64,000 nt of DNA from a virus. The notes below the pieces were generated by a model, which did no database searches, was not told the origin of the DNA, and saw only the letters and a program-made list of their open reading frames with translations. The position numbers and the translations under genes were made by a program. Positions 44,186 through 53,943 of this stretch are shown here, in pieces (position 1 is the stretch's first letter; each line of letters begins with the position of its first letter). Location: positions 64,001 to 128,000 of IMG/VR virus record IMGVR_UViG_3300033183_000354; one strand, 5' to 3'.

Positions 44186-46203
44186 TGGCTCAAAAGATTG
44201 CCTATAATACAAATATTATTATCCTTGACCATGATCCAATTAAGGTCACGTCTGTACGTGCAAGAAATAAAACGTCACAATTCTATACTACTGTCCAAAA
44301 CTATAATATTACTGGTAGAAAAATTACCTTAAATAAAAAATATCAAAATGTAATAGTTGATTATGATTATGATTTAGGTAAAGATCCAGAAGCAGTAACT
44401 AATTATGTTGCCTTTTCTGATAAGTATTTTAATGAAGAACTTAGTAGTCTTATTAAAAGAAGTGCTAGTGATCAGTTATCAGAAAAGACTACATCTGCAC
44501 AAAAGAAAAGAGCTGCAGTCGAAGGTACCACATTAGGTACATCTGTTAAAAAAACTTCGAGTGGTTTTACTTCAATCACCTCAAACTTTTCAGAAGTAGA
44601 GACTGCAACAGATGAAGTAGTCGTAGCATTATTAAGCGGTGATGCAACAGGCGTTAAGGTCGTAAAAGAATTATCTACTGATGAAGCTAATGAGATAACA
44701 ACTCTAACAGGTAAATCATCGAGCGGTGGTTTATTGAATACAGTTGTAGTAAGTGGTAATGCAGAAGGTATTGAAGAAGCTCTTGTAAATGTAATAGGTA
44801 CGCCAAAGAGTGCCACAAAAGCAACATTAAGATCAGTATCTCCACATGCAGATGAAGTTGATACTGCAATTGAAGAGCCTATTGCAAATAATATTGCGAA
44901 TGAATCTGAGAAGATTGCTACTCGTACAGTTAATCTATTAAATGAACCATTTAAATCTGTTGATCCAGTAACTGGTCAAAAAGGATTTGGCTCTCTTGGT
45001 TTAGATTTTGGTAATATACTTGGTGCTATTTTAGGTAAATCAATGTCATTGCCTCAAGTAAGAGCATTTGGTCAAGAAATACCAAGCTTGCCTGCAGGAT
45101 TTAAACTACCAACTGGTTTAACTGCACCTCCTGCAATTATCGATAAAACGTCTTCTACTAATATTAGAAACAATTTAAGAAACCTTGCACCATTATCTGC
45201 AGCAGTTCAAAACTCAAATGCTACATATGTAATTGGTCAAAATAATACTAAGTTTACATATCCTCTGCCAAGTACATATGAGTTTAAGACGATCGGTGGT
45301 TATGAAGAACTTGAAAGAGAACTTAGACTTTCGAAACGAGATATTACTACAGCTATCGTACGTTGGTCATTGACATATACTGATCAGTGGCTTGATGCAA
45401 ATGATATGCACAAAGAACATACTACTTTAATGGTAGATGCACTCGGTGGAACTGAAAAAGCAAAACGTGTATCTCAAACTGTAGGTATTCAATGGCATTA
45501 TGTGATTCGGCGCGATGGTGTTATTCAAAGAGGAAGACCTATCGAAAAGAAGACTTATAGCGGAGTAGATGGAATTGATAACCATTCTATTCATATTGGG
45601 TTTATTGCAGGATATAATGGACCTGCAGGATGGGAACATTCAAAGGTAAGTGCAGATTCAATTAATGATGCTCAATGGGAAGCTTTTGATTCATTCATTA
45701 AAGCCTTTTATTCAGCTATTCCGGGTGGTCAGATATATCCGTATAGTAAATTTAATACGCAATCTCGAGCACCTGGTTTTGATGTAGAACTTTATATTAG
45801 TGGTAAATATGGTAAATCTAATATTGAAACTGCAAGTGTTCTTTCTTCTGAAGAAGTTAATTCAAAGCCTGCAGCGGTAGTAGTTAGTCCTTCTCGCTCA
45901 CCGCATGCAGACTTTCCGGCGCTTATACCTGATACAGGACCTGCAACTTCGAGCCTTTCTCCAGGCGAATATAATCAAAAGTCAAGGCAGGCGAATATCT
46001 TAAGTAGAGAATTAAAAGCTTTATTAAAAGATATAAAAGAAAAATATGGTAGACAAATACCAAACAAAGTACAAACAGACATTGATCTAAAAACTGCTGA
46101 CTTAAATAAAATTGAAGATGAATTGTATGGACTTAGAAGAAACTTAAGAAATAATGGTTATGTTTGGGACGCTACTACACAAAGCTTTAAGAAGGATGCA
46201 TAA
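44185..46203 (+). CDS. Baseplate protein with amidase_2/PGRP-like domain
   Basis: WHYVIRRDGVIQRGRP, SIHIGFIAG, Q, PGFDV. Confidence 0.7.
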   Translation: MAQKIAYNTNIIILDHDPIKVTSVRARNKTSQFYTTVQNYNITGRKITLNKKYQNVIVDYDYDLGKDPEAVTNYVAFSDKYFNEELSSLIKRSASDQLSEKTTSAQKKRAAVEGTTLGTSVKKTSSGFTSITSNFSEVETATDEVVVALLSGDATGVKVVKELSTDEANEITTLTGKSSSGGLLNTVVVSGNAEGIEEALVNVIGTPKSATKATLRSVSPHADEVDTAIEEPIANNIANESEKIATRTVNLLNEPFKSVDPVTGQKGFGSLGLDFGNILGAILGKSMSLPQVRAFGQEIPSLPAGFKLPTGLTAPPAIIDKTSSTNIRNNLRNLAPLSAAVQNSNATYVIGQNNTKFTYPLPSTYEFKTIGGYEELERELRLSKRDITTAIVRWSLTYTDQWLDANDMHKEHTTLMVDALGGTEKAKRVSQTVGIQWHYVIRRDGVIQRGRPIEKKTYSGVDGIDNHSIHIGFIAGYNGPAGWEHSKVSADSINDAQWEAFDSFIKAFYSAIPGGQIYPYSKFNTQSRAPGFDVELYISGKYGKSNIETASVLSSEEVNSKPAAVVVSPSRSPHADFPALIPDTGPATSSLSPGEYNQKSRQANILSRELKALLKDIKEKYGRQIPNKVQTDIDLKTADLNKIEDELYGLRRNLRNNGYVWDATTQSFKKDA

Positions 46204-47606
46204 TGGTTGATTTTACTGACGAATACTTTGACAATCAAAGAAAGAGTAAGGTATCTAAGACTCGAGGACGTGTAGAAGCAGATGCCTATAAGGATAACGA
46301 TAAACGCTATCCTTTGCCTACATATGAGAATCAATCTTCACTTAATAAAGCTACACGAGGCGGTAAAGAGAATAGAGCCTATATTGGCGGAGGCGATGTA
46401 GTAGTTGATCTCAATCTAAAACCTACTATGCCGTCTCGCTCACCTAAAAATCATGTTAAGCAAACAATTACCGGACATATATTTGAAGTCGATGATACAA
46501 AAGGCAATGAACGTATCTTATATAAGCATGCAACAGGATCAGCAATTGAAATGCAGGCTGATGGAACTGTCATCGTTAGTTCGCTCTTCAATACTGTACG
46601 TTTTACTGGTGGAGATGAAAAAGTAATTATCGAAGGTGATGGTACAATCTCTTATAATGGTAATTTAACGCTTGACGTAACAGGCGATTTTAATCTAAAA
46701 GTTGGACAAAACTTCAATATAGATGTTGGAGGTGACGTAGTACAGACTGTTGACGGCGGCGTTAAACATACAGTTGAAAAGAATTTCAAACAAATTATCA
46801 AACAAAACTATAGTGATTATGTCCTTGGTGTACGTACCGAAGAGACTTTAAATGATCGATATATTATTACTAAAGGATTATTTGATAACTATGCACAAAA
46901 TGATATCAAGCAATTTGCTGGTAATGATATCATTACAACAGCACAAAAGACATTTACTGCTTCATCAAAAAATATTAATATTATGGCAAGAGATCTTACT
47001 GTGATTGGTGATAGTGGTACAATGGGTGGTGAGAATATTATCGCATATAACTATAATATGTACACAGGTCATTCAATTGAAGCCGGTGATACTATAACTA
47101 CACCAGTTGTATATGGCGATTTACAAGGTACAGCCACAAAAGCTATAGACGCAGATACAGCTCATAGTCAATCATATGGCGATTTCCATGGTGATGTCGG
47201 TTCTTCTCCAGGGTATACAGCAGATAATACCTCTGTCGATACAACTGCAACTTTATTGCCAAACAGTACACGTCTCACAAATACATTATATAAATCTGAT
47301 CTTGGCATAAGAAAAGTATCGATCGATCCAGGTGATAAGATGAAGAATCAAATCGATCGATCAGCAAAATATGGTGGTATTGCTACACGAAAACTTACGA
47401 CAGCAGAAGTTAGATCAAAGATGCGAGATCCAATTACTGCAACAAATAAAGCATTTATTGGTTCTATGCTTTCTGAAGGCGTATTGTCTGCACAATATAT
47501 TAATTCGATTCCACCTCGAATTGGAAGAAAAGTTGGTGCTGAACCTACACCAAGAAGAAATAGCGAACCAATTGGTTATAGAAAAGATACTGGAAGGTTT
47601 GTATAA
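46203..47606 (+). CDS. gp5 C-terminal spike (beta-helix) protein
   Basis: GHIFEVDDTKGNERI..HATG, VxG repeats. Confidence 0.8.
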   Translation: MVDFTDEYFDNQRKSKVSKTRGRVEADAYKDNDKRYPLPTYENQSSLNKATRGGKENRAYIGGGDVVVDLNLKPTMPSRSPKNHVKQTITGHIFEVDDTKGNERILYKHATGSAIEMQADGTVIVSSLFNTVRFTGGDEKVIIEGDGTISYNGNLTLDVTGDFNLKVGQNFNIDVGGDVVQTVDGGVKHTVEKNFKQIIKQNYSDYVLGVRTEETLNDRYIITKGLFDNYAQNDIKQFAGNDIITTAQKTFTASSKNINIMARDLTVIGDSGTMGGENIIAYNYNMYTGHSIEAGDTITTPVVYGDLQGTATKAIDADTAHSQSYGDFHGDVGSSPGYTADNTSVDTTATLLPNSTRLTNTLYKSDLGIRKVSIDPGDKMKNQIDRSAKYGGIATRKLTTAEVRSKMRDPITATNKAFIGSMLSEGVLSAQYINSIPPRIGRKVGAEPTPRRNSEPIGYRKDTGRFV

Positions 47607-48241
47607 TGGCTATTACGAAAAATTATATTCCAGATCCATCATATAACCCTGAATTTCAAACTGAAATTACTGCGAGGACAAAATTGGCTCCTGGTATTAG
47701 TATGGCAAAGTTTTTAGCTGGCTATGGAGATAAGTCAAATCTTAATCATATTGCAACAAGACAAGAAAAACTTAAGTTGGCTAAACAATATTATCTTCAT
47801 GCTCAAGCAGTCTTGACAGTATCTCAAAATATGAGTGACTTCGAAGAATATCGCTTAATAGTAGCAGAAGGTTTATATAAACCTGGACCAAGTGAAGTCT
47901 TACAAAAAGGAAGTATTAATGAGAGTCTACAAAAAGGACTTGCTGTAGTATATGAGCTTAGAGATAATAGAGGCAATAATGCTCTTGATAAAACATTCGA
48001 TCTTGCGGTTCATTGGAAAGATACACTTAATTTTAATAAACTAATCCTCGATTATGATACGTATGATCCAAATGGAAGTTTAAACGCTCAAATCATTTTG
48101 ATTATGCCTCAAATATTTGATCCATGGAAAGTAACTTATGATAATATTATTGAAACGAGATTTAATAACTATGTCCAAGCTACAAATGAATTAATTGAAA
48201 TTTTACTTCCTAAAGAAGAAAGTACTGCTAAAGTTTATTAA
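47606..48241 (+). CDS. Baseplate-associated hypothetical protein
   Basis: Coupled between gp5C and gp25. Confidence 0.6.
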   Translation: MAITKNYIPDPSYNPEFQTEITARTKLAPGISMAKFLAGYGDKSNLNHIATRQEKLKLAKQYYLHAQAVLTVSQNMSDFEEYRLIVAEGLYKPGPSEVLQKGSINESLQKGLAVVYELRDNRGNNALDKTFDLAVHWKDTLNFNKLILDYDTYDPNGSLNAQIILIMPQIFDPWKVTYDNIIETRFNNYVQATNELIEILLPKEESTAKVY

Positions 48242-48274
48242 TAAATAGGATAGATACATTCTTAAGAGAAAAAA

Positions 48275-48718
48275 ATGGCTAAACGAGCATTTGCAGTAGA
48301 AGATGGTAACTTACAGATAAAATCTGTGACAGTTGCAAAAGAAAGGGTTTATAAAGATATAGACCTGACATTTGCGCGTAAACCTTCTGGTGATATTTAC
48401 AAGAAGACTGATGCTGCAGCAGTGAAACAAGCAGTAAAAAACGTCTTACTTACTAATAAGTATGAAAAGCCATTTGCTCCATCTTATGGTGCTAACTTAA
48501 ATGCACTTCTTTTTGAACTTGAATCAGAATTTGAAGATGATAAGATAAGAGATGTCATTAAACAAACTATAAGAAAATATGAACCAAGGGCTCGAGTTGC
48601 TGGCGTAAAGACAAAGATTAACCCAAATAATAATGCTGTTACAGTTACAGTTAATTTTCAAATCGTAAGCACTTCAGAAGAATTTACACTCGATCTAACA
48701 CTAGCGAGGCTGAGATAA
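48275..48718 (+). CDS. 25: Baseplate wedge gp25
   Basis: YKDIDLTF, AVKQAVKN, EKPF, YEPR, LARLR. Confidence 0.92.
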   Translation: MAKRAFAVEDGNLQIKSVTVAKERVYKDIDLTFARKPSGDIYKKTDAAAVKQAVKNVLLTNKYEKPFAPSYGANLNALLFELESEFEDDKIRDVIKQTIRKYEPRARVAGVKTKINPNNNAVTVTVNFQIVSTSEEFTLDLTLARLR

Positions 48719-50551
48719 ATGGCGACCACAATTAAATCAACTGATCTAGATTTTGATACGATCAAAGCAAGGTTGAAAGATTATTTAAAGTCAACCGGAG
48801 AGTTTTCTGATTATAATTTTGAAGCCTCAGGTATCTCAAACGTATTAGACGTATTGGCATATAATACTCATTTTAATGGGTTGACTGCTAACTTTGCTTT
48901 GAATGAATCATTCCTTAATACTGCTCAATTAAGAAGCTCAGTTGTATCTCATGCCGAAGCTTTAGGCTATGTACCAAGATCTTATACTTCAGCAAAAGCA
49001 TTAATCAATATTTCTATTACTATTTCTGCTGTTACTAGACCAGTTACGGTTACATTACCACGTGATACAAAGTTCACATCTGAAGTCAATGGTATCACTT
49101 ATACTTATCAGACTCTTTCTAATTATACTGCAACTGATGATGGTTCAGGCGTTTATCAGTTTACAACTTCTGAAGGCATAGAATCAATTCCCATTTATGA
49201 AGGTTCATTAAAGACTAAAACTTTCTTTGTTGGAGAAACCGAAGAAGAACAGATTTATGTGCTATCAGATATTACGATGGATACGCAAACACTTGAAGTA
49301 AAAGTATATGAATCTTCTTCAAGTAGTACTTATGAATCTTATACTAATTTAAGAGATGCGAGTCGTATTACTACTACCTCAACTCATTATCAAATTAAAG
49401 AAGTGCCAAATGGTAACTATGAACTTTTATTTGGGGATGGAGTTACGACTGGTAAGAAACCGAGCGCAGGTAATAAGATTGTAGTTACATATCTATCAAC
49501 TGCAGCAGGCGCATCAAATGGTGCAACTACTTTTACTCCTTCATCTACGTTTACAGTTGATGGCACTGATTATAATCTTGGAGTTACTACTGTATCTGAG
49601 TCAGCAGGTGGAGCATTTAAAGAAACTATTGATTCTATTCGTCGTAATGCTCCGATTGGATTTGCTACTCAACAAAGACTTGTGACTGCAGAAGATTATC
49701 GTGCACAGATCTTATCAAAATATGGAAACTATATTGATGATGTTATCTCTTGGGGTGGAGCAGATAATGATCCTCCTCGTTACGGTGCAGTATACGTATC
49801 ACTTGACTTTAAAGATGATATTTCATCTGATGTGCAGACTGAAGTAAAAAATGCAATTGTTAACGATCTTACTTCAAATATCTCGATTATGTCAATCGAT
49901 ACTCTTTTCTCTGATGCTATTACTACGTATCTCGAATTAAATACATTCTTTAACTTAGATCCTGATTTAACTTCTTCTACGCCTCGAGCAGTTGAAAATG
50001 ATGTATCAGAATTAGTCATTGATTACTTTAATAATAATCTGAAAAGCTTTAATAAAGTATTTAGAAGATCTCAATTATTGGCTACTATCGATGATTTCGA
50101 TGTTGCTATTCTTAACTCTCGAATGGATGTGAAGGTACAACAAAGGTTTACGCCTTCATTAAGTCAATCACTATCATATGATGTTAAGTTTCCAGTAACA
50201 TTAGCAAATCCAGATGATGAGTTTTACCGTATTACTTCGAATCGTTTTACTTATAATGGTGTAGCTTGCTTGATTCGTAATAAATTAAAATCAAATAAAC
50301 TTGAAATCGCTGATATCGATGGCAATATTCAAGTAGATAATATTGGTTCATATTCTCCAGATAATGGTACTGTTAATATTGTTGGATTTAAACCTTCTTC
50401 TATTGAAGGCAGTTCGCAAATAAAAATCTCTGCTACTCCTTCAAATCAAAGTACAATTAGACCTTTAAGAAATTATATCATCGACTTAGATCAAGAGCTT
50501 TCGATTGCGTCAGCTCAGATTGATTATCAAGAAACAAGAATTAATCTCTAA
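48719..50551 (+). CDS. 6: Baseplate wedge gp6
   Basis: LDFDTIK, DYNFEASG, LAYNTH, RLVTAEDY, WGG. Confidence 0.93.
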   Translation: MATTIKSTDLDFDTIKARLKDYLKSTGEFSDYNFEASGISNVLDVLAYNTHFNGLTANFALNESFLNTAQLRSSVVSHAEALGYVPRSYTSAKALINISITISAVTRPVTVTLPRDTKFTSEVNGITYTYQTLSNYTATDDGSGVYQFTTSEGIESIPIYEGSLKTKTFFVGETEEEQIYVLSDITMDTQTLEVKVYESSSSSTYESYTNLRDASRITTTSTHYQIKEVPNGNYELLFGDGVTTGKKPSAGNKIVVTYLSTAAGASNGATTFTPSSTFTVDGTDYNLGVTTVSESAGGAFKETIDSIRRNAPIGFATQQRLVTAEDYRAQILSKYGNYIDDVISWGGADNDPPRYGAVYVSLDFKDDISSDVQTEVKNAIVNDLTSNISIMSIDTLFSDAITTYLELNTFFNLDPDLTSSTPRAVENDVSELVIDYFNNNLKSFNKVFRRSQLLATIDDFDVAILNSRMDVKVQQRFTPSLSQSLSYDVKFPVTLANPDDEFYRITSNRFTYNGVACLIRNKLKSNKLEIADIDGNIQVDNIGSYSPDNGTVNIVGFKPSSIEGSSQIKISATPSNQSTIRPLRNYIIDLDQELSIASAQIDYQETRINL

Positions 50552-51492
50552 TGGCACATAAAATATCTGATTATAATCGTAGAGAAATAAACTTAATCCA
50601 AAGACGGATTAAAGAAGTTTTGCCTGAATATTTTACGGCAGAATATCCTGACTTGATTAAGTTTCTCGAAGCGTATTATGATTTTATGAATCAAGATACA
50701 ACAGCAAATAACCACGATATTGATATTCATCAACTTTATCGTGTAAGAGATATTCCTGAAACTGAACTATCGAATCTTAATCAAATCATTAAAGAGTTAA
50801 GTGCTGGCCTTGAGAATGGTGAAGCATTTACTGATGCTAGGTTTACAGCAAGAAGATTTGCTGATTTCTATAGATCAAAGGGTTCTCGTAATTCAATCGA
50901 AGAATTCTTTCGTGCCTTTTTTCAACAAGAAGTTGAAGTTGAATATCCTAAAAAACAAATGTTTATTGTAGGTGAATCAGAAATTGGTTTCGATTCTCTT
51001 AAATTTATTCAAGATTATGCTTTATATCAAACGTTCTCTATTCTTATTAAGAGCGGATTAGGTACGAGAACATGGGATAAACTATATAAAAAATATGTAC
51101 ATCCGGCTGGATGGTATTTTCAAGGGCAAGTAGTAAATGAAGGGGTAGCTGATTTTGGTATTGGTAATATGCCATTATCACTTAAAGATTCTGGAATTGG
51201 TCCTGTTCTTGTCGGTGAAGCTATTCTTACTACAACTGCTCCATTTATTCAAGATGTAGCATTTGTAGAAAATGATACGATTATTACTGGTATCGATAAT
51301 AATCTTATCTCACGTTATCAGTCATTGACTGCAACTCAACTTCAAAATAACTTCAATGATATTACTGATCTTATTTCACCGAATGCACCTACATTTGATG
51401 ATAGTGCTACAGAAGGTGAAGCCGATATGGCTGGAACAGTTTACACAATGGATGGTGCGAGATATACTGATAGTAATAACGCATATCTTTAG
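50551..51492 (+). CDS. Baseplate wedge gp7-like
   Basis: FLEAYY, FYRSKGS..S..FFR, YQTFS, VHPAG. Confidence 0.75.
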   Translation: MAHKISDYNRREINLIQRRIKEVLPEYFTAEYPDLIKFLEAYYDFMNQDTTANNHDIDIHQLYRVRDIPETELSNLNQIIKELSAGLENGEAFTDARFTARRFADFYRSKGSRNSIEEFFRAFFQQEVEVEYPKKQMFIVGESEIGFDSLKFIQDYALYQTFSILIKSGLGTRTWDKLYKKYVHPAGWYFQGQVVNEGVADFGIGNMPLSLKDSGIGPVLVGEAILTTTAPFIQDVAFVENDTIITGIDNNLISRYQSLTATQLQNNFNDITDLISPNAPTFDDSATEGEADMAGTVYTMDGARYTDSNNAYL

Positions 51493-51512
51493 TAAAGAGC
51501 ATAAACTTTCAT

Positions 51513-51520
51513 TATAAATA
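51513..51520 (+). promoter_or_regulatory. T4 late promoter
   Basis: Exact TATAAATA. Confidence 0.75.
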
Positions 51521-51547
51521 CCTTTAATCACGGTGTAAGGGATTAAG

Positions 51548-52549
51548 ATGACTAGACAGAATATTGCAATTGGATCTTCGGCGAATGATGGTACTGGTGA
51601 TACCCTCAGAGCAGCAGGTCAAAAAATTAATCAAAACTTCGTAGAGATCTATCAACGTCTTGGCGGAGATAGCGATGTTTTTTCGACTCAAATTAGTTTT
51701 ACTGGTTCTGCAATTGTCTGGGAAGGAACCAGCGCTGATAGTTGGGAAACAAATCTTATTGTAGCAGATCCTACTGCTGATAGGACTATAACTATCCCTG
51801 ATGCTACTGGAACGATCGTATTAAATAGTGCGACTCAAACTCTTACAAATAAGACTTTGACTACACCTACTTTAACGACTCCAAAGATCAATGATACTTC
51901 GGCAGATCATACATATAATATTGCGGTCAGTGAATTGGCTGCTAATAGAACAATAACACTTCCTCTCTTAACAGGAAATGATACGTTTGTTTTTGCTGAT
52001 CATACTCAGACATTAACAAATAAAACTTTGACTACGCCGACTCTAAATTCGCCGACAATTGGCACATTAATCAACGATGCAAATGGCGCTGAGATTATTA
52101 AACTAACGGCTACATCTTCTGCGGTCAATGAAATTACAATTGCGAACGCGGCCGCAGGTTCTGGTCCTACTATTTCTGCTACTGGTACTGGTACAAATAT
52201 AAACCTAAACTTAAGCGCTAAAGGCACAGGTGCTGTCGAAACAAATAAGTTTGCTTTTAATCATGAAAATCAGGTTTCAAATGGAGCAGTATCTGCCGAG
52301 AGATCTTTCATCATCTTTAGCAAAGCAACTGCTTTAGCTGCTACACTTGCAGATGGTACGGTTACAGGTGAATTTAAATTAATGGTAAATGCTAATACTG
52401 GTTTAGTTACAGTTACTCCTTCTAATTTTGCACAAGGCACTTCTTTCTCAATTGCACAAAACGGTTCATGTCAAGTTATTTGGGACGGTAGCAATTGGTT
52501 CATGATTGGATCTGCTGATTCGTCTGACACATATATAACTATTACTTAA
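51548..52549 (+). CDS. gp9/gp10-like baseplate-fibre protein
   Basis: IGSSANDGTGDTLRAAGQKIN N-terminus; QTLTNKTL repeats. Confidence 0.75.
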   Translation: MTRQNIAIGSSANDGTGDTLRAAGQKINQNFVEIYQRLGGDSDVFSTQISFTGSAIVWEGTSADSWETNLIVADPTADRTITIPDATGTIVLNSATQTLTNKTLTTPTLTTPKINDTSADHTYNIAVSELAANRTITLPLLTGNDTFVFADHTQTLTNKTLTTPTLNSPTIGTLINDANGAEIIKLTATSSAVNEITIANAAAGSGPTISATGTGTNINLNLSAKGTGAVETNKFAFNHENQVSNGAVSAERSFIIFSKATALAATLADGTVTGEFKLMVNANTGLVTVTPSNFAQGTSFSIAQNGSCQVIWDGSNWFMIGSADSSDTYITIT

Positions 52550-52559
52550 GAGATAAACG

Positions 52560-53933
52560 ATGACAGCAATTATTACAGACGCACTCAAAAAACAACTGCT
52601 CGATACCGTATATAACGAGTTTACTGCTGGAAGCACTAAATACTATATTGGTGTTGGCAGATCCGAGCAATGGGATAGCGCTGAAACAGTACCTACTCCT
52701 ACAAACTCTTTAAGAACACAACGTAATGCTCGTTTATCATTACAGGCAATTAAACTTGCAACTGATGCATCTTATGTAATTCCTCGTTATAACTGGACTT
52801 CTGGTACAATTTATAGTGGCTATGATGATGCATTTAATAGATATCCTACTAATTCATATTACGTATTAACAGAAGATAATCACATTTATATTTGTCTTCA
52901 ACAAGGTAAATCTTCGACAGGTATTTCTGTTGCATCAACTGTTAAACCTACTGGTACAACTACTACTCCATTTAGAACTTCAGATGGTTATGTTTGGAAG
53001 TTTTTATATGCACTAAGTGGTGTAACTTCTGCTAGATTTTTGTCGGCTAACTATATGCCAGTTCAGTTTATTAATGATTCTTCAGGCTCAGAGGCAATTG
53101 GTATTATCTCTCAACAGCAAGCGACTATTCAAGAAGCAGCATCTGAAGGTCAAATTATTGGTATTCGAGTTTCTAATGGTGGCACTGGTTATACATCTGC
53201 TCCTACTGTAACTATTTCCGGTGATGGTGCCGGCGCAAGTGCTACTGCTTACGTAAGTGGTGGTTCTATTACAAAGATTGAACTTGATTCAAGTGGCGAT
53301 AGCGGCATGACGATGGGTCATAGTTATAAATATGCGGGTATTTCATTTAGCGGCGGTGGTGGTAGTGGTGCTGTGGCACGTGCTATTATTGGTCCTACTG
53401 GTGGTATTGGTGCAAATCCAATTAATGATCTTCGTTCTACTGCGATTATGTTTAATACAAAACCTGCAGGTGCAGAAGGCAATGACTTTATTGTCGATCA
53501 AGACTTTAGACAAATTGTTCTTATGAAAGCACCAACAGATTATAATGATTCTGCATATACAGATACGACAGGCAAAGTCCTTCGTTATCTTAAACTTACT
53601 TCAGCTGGTGACGCATCAAACTTTATCGTAGATCGTACTATTACAGGTGGTACTTCTACTGCAAAAGCAATCATTGATCAAGTTGATAGTGATAATATCT
53701 ACGCTCACCAAACTGAAGATACTGGATTTATTAGCTTCCAAGAAGGCGAAGCAGTATCTGCACCTGGAGCAACTGGTACACTCGTTGCTGCTGGCTATGA
53801 TGGAGATACAGATGCATTTACAAATGATGATGTTAATAAGTTTTCTGGGGACATATTATACATAGAAAATAGAGCGCCAGTACTTCGAGCAGCTGATCAG
53901 ACTGAAGATATTAAAGTCATCATTTCACTTTAA
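52560..53933 (+). CDS. 8: Baseplate wedge gp8
   Basis: IPRYNWTSGT, YICL, STVKPT, DGYVWKFLY, GDILYIENR. Confidence 0.88.
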   Translation: MTAIITDALKKQLLDTVYNEFTAGSTKYYIGVGRSEQWDSAETVPTPTNSLRTQRNARLSLQAIKLATDASYVIPRYNWTSGTIYSGYDDAFNRYPTNSYYVLTEDNHIYICLQQGKSSTGISVASTVKPTGTTTTPFRTSDGYVWKFLYALSGVTSARFLSANYMPVQFINDSSGSEAIGIISQQQATIQEAASEGQIIGIRVSNGGTGYTSAPTVTISGDGAGASATAYVSGGSITKIELDSSGDSGMTMGHSYKYAGISFSGGGGSGAVARAIIGPTGGIGANPINDLRSTAIMFNTKPAGAEGNDFIVDQDFRQIVLMKAPTDYNDSAYTDTTGKVLRYLKLTSAGDASNFIVDRTITGGTSTAKAIIDQVDSDNIYAHQTEDTGFISFQEGEAVSAPGATGTLVAAGYDGDTDAFTNDDVNKFSGDILYIENRAPVLRAADQTEDIKVIISL

Positions 53934-53943
53934 GGTATAGAGA

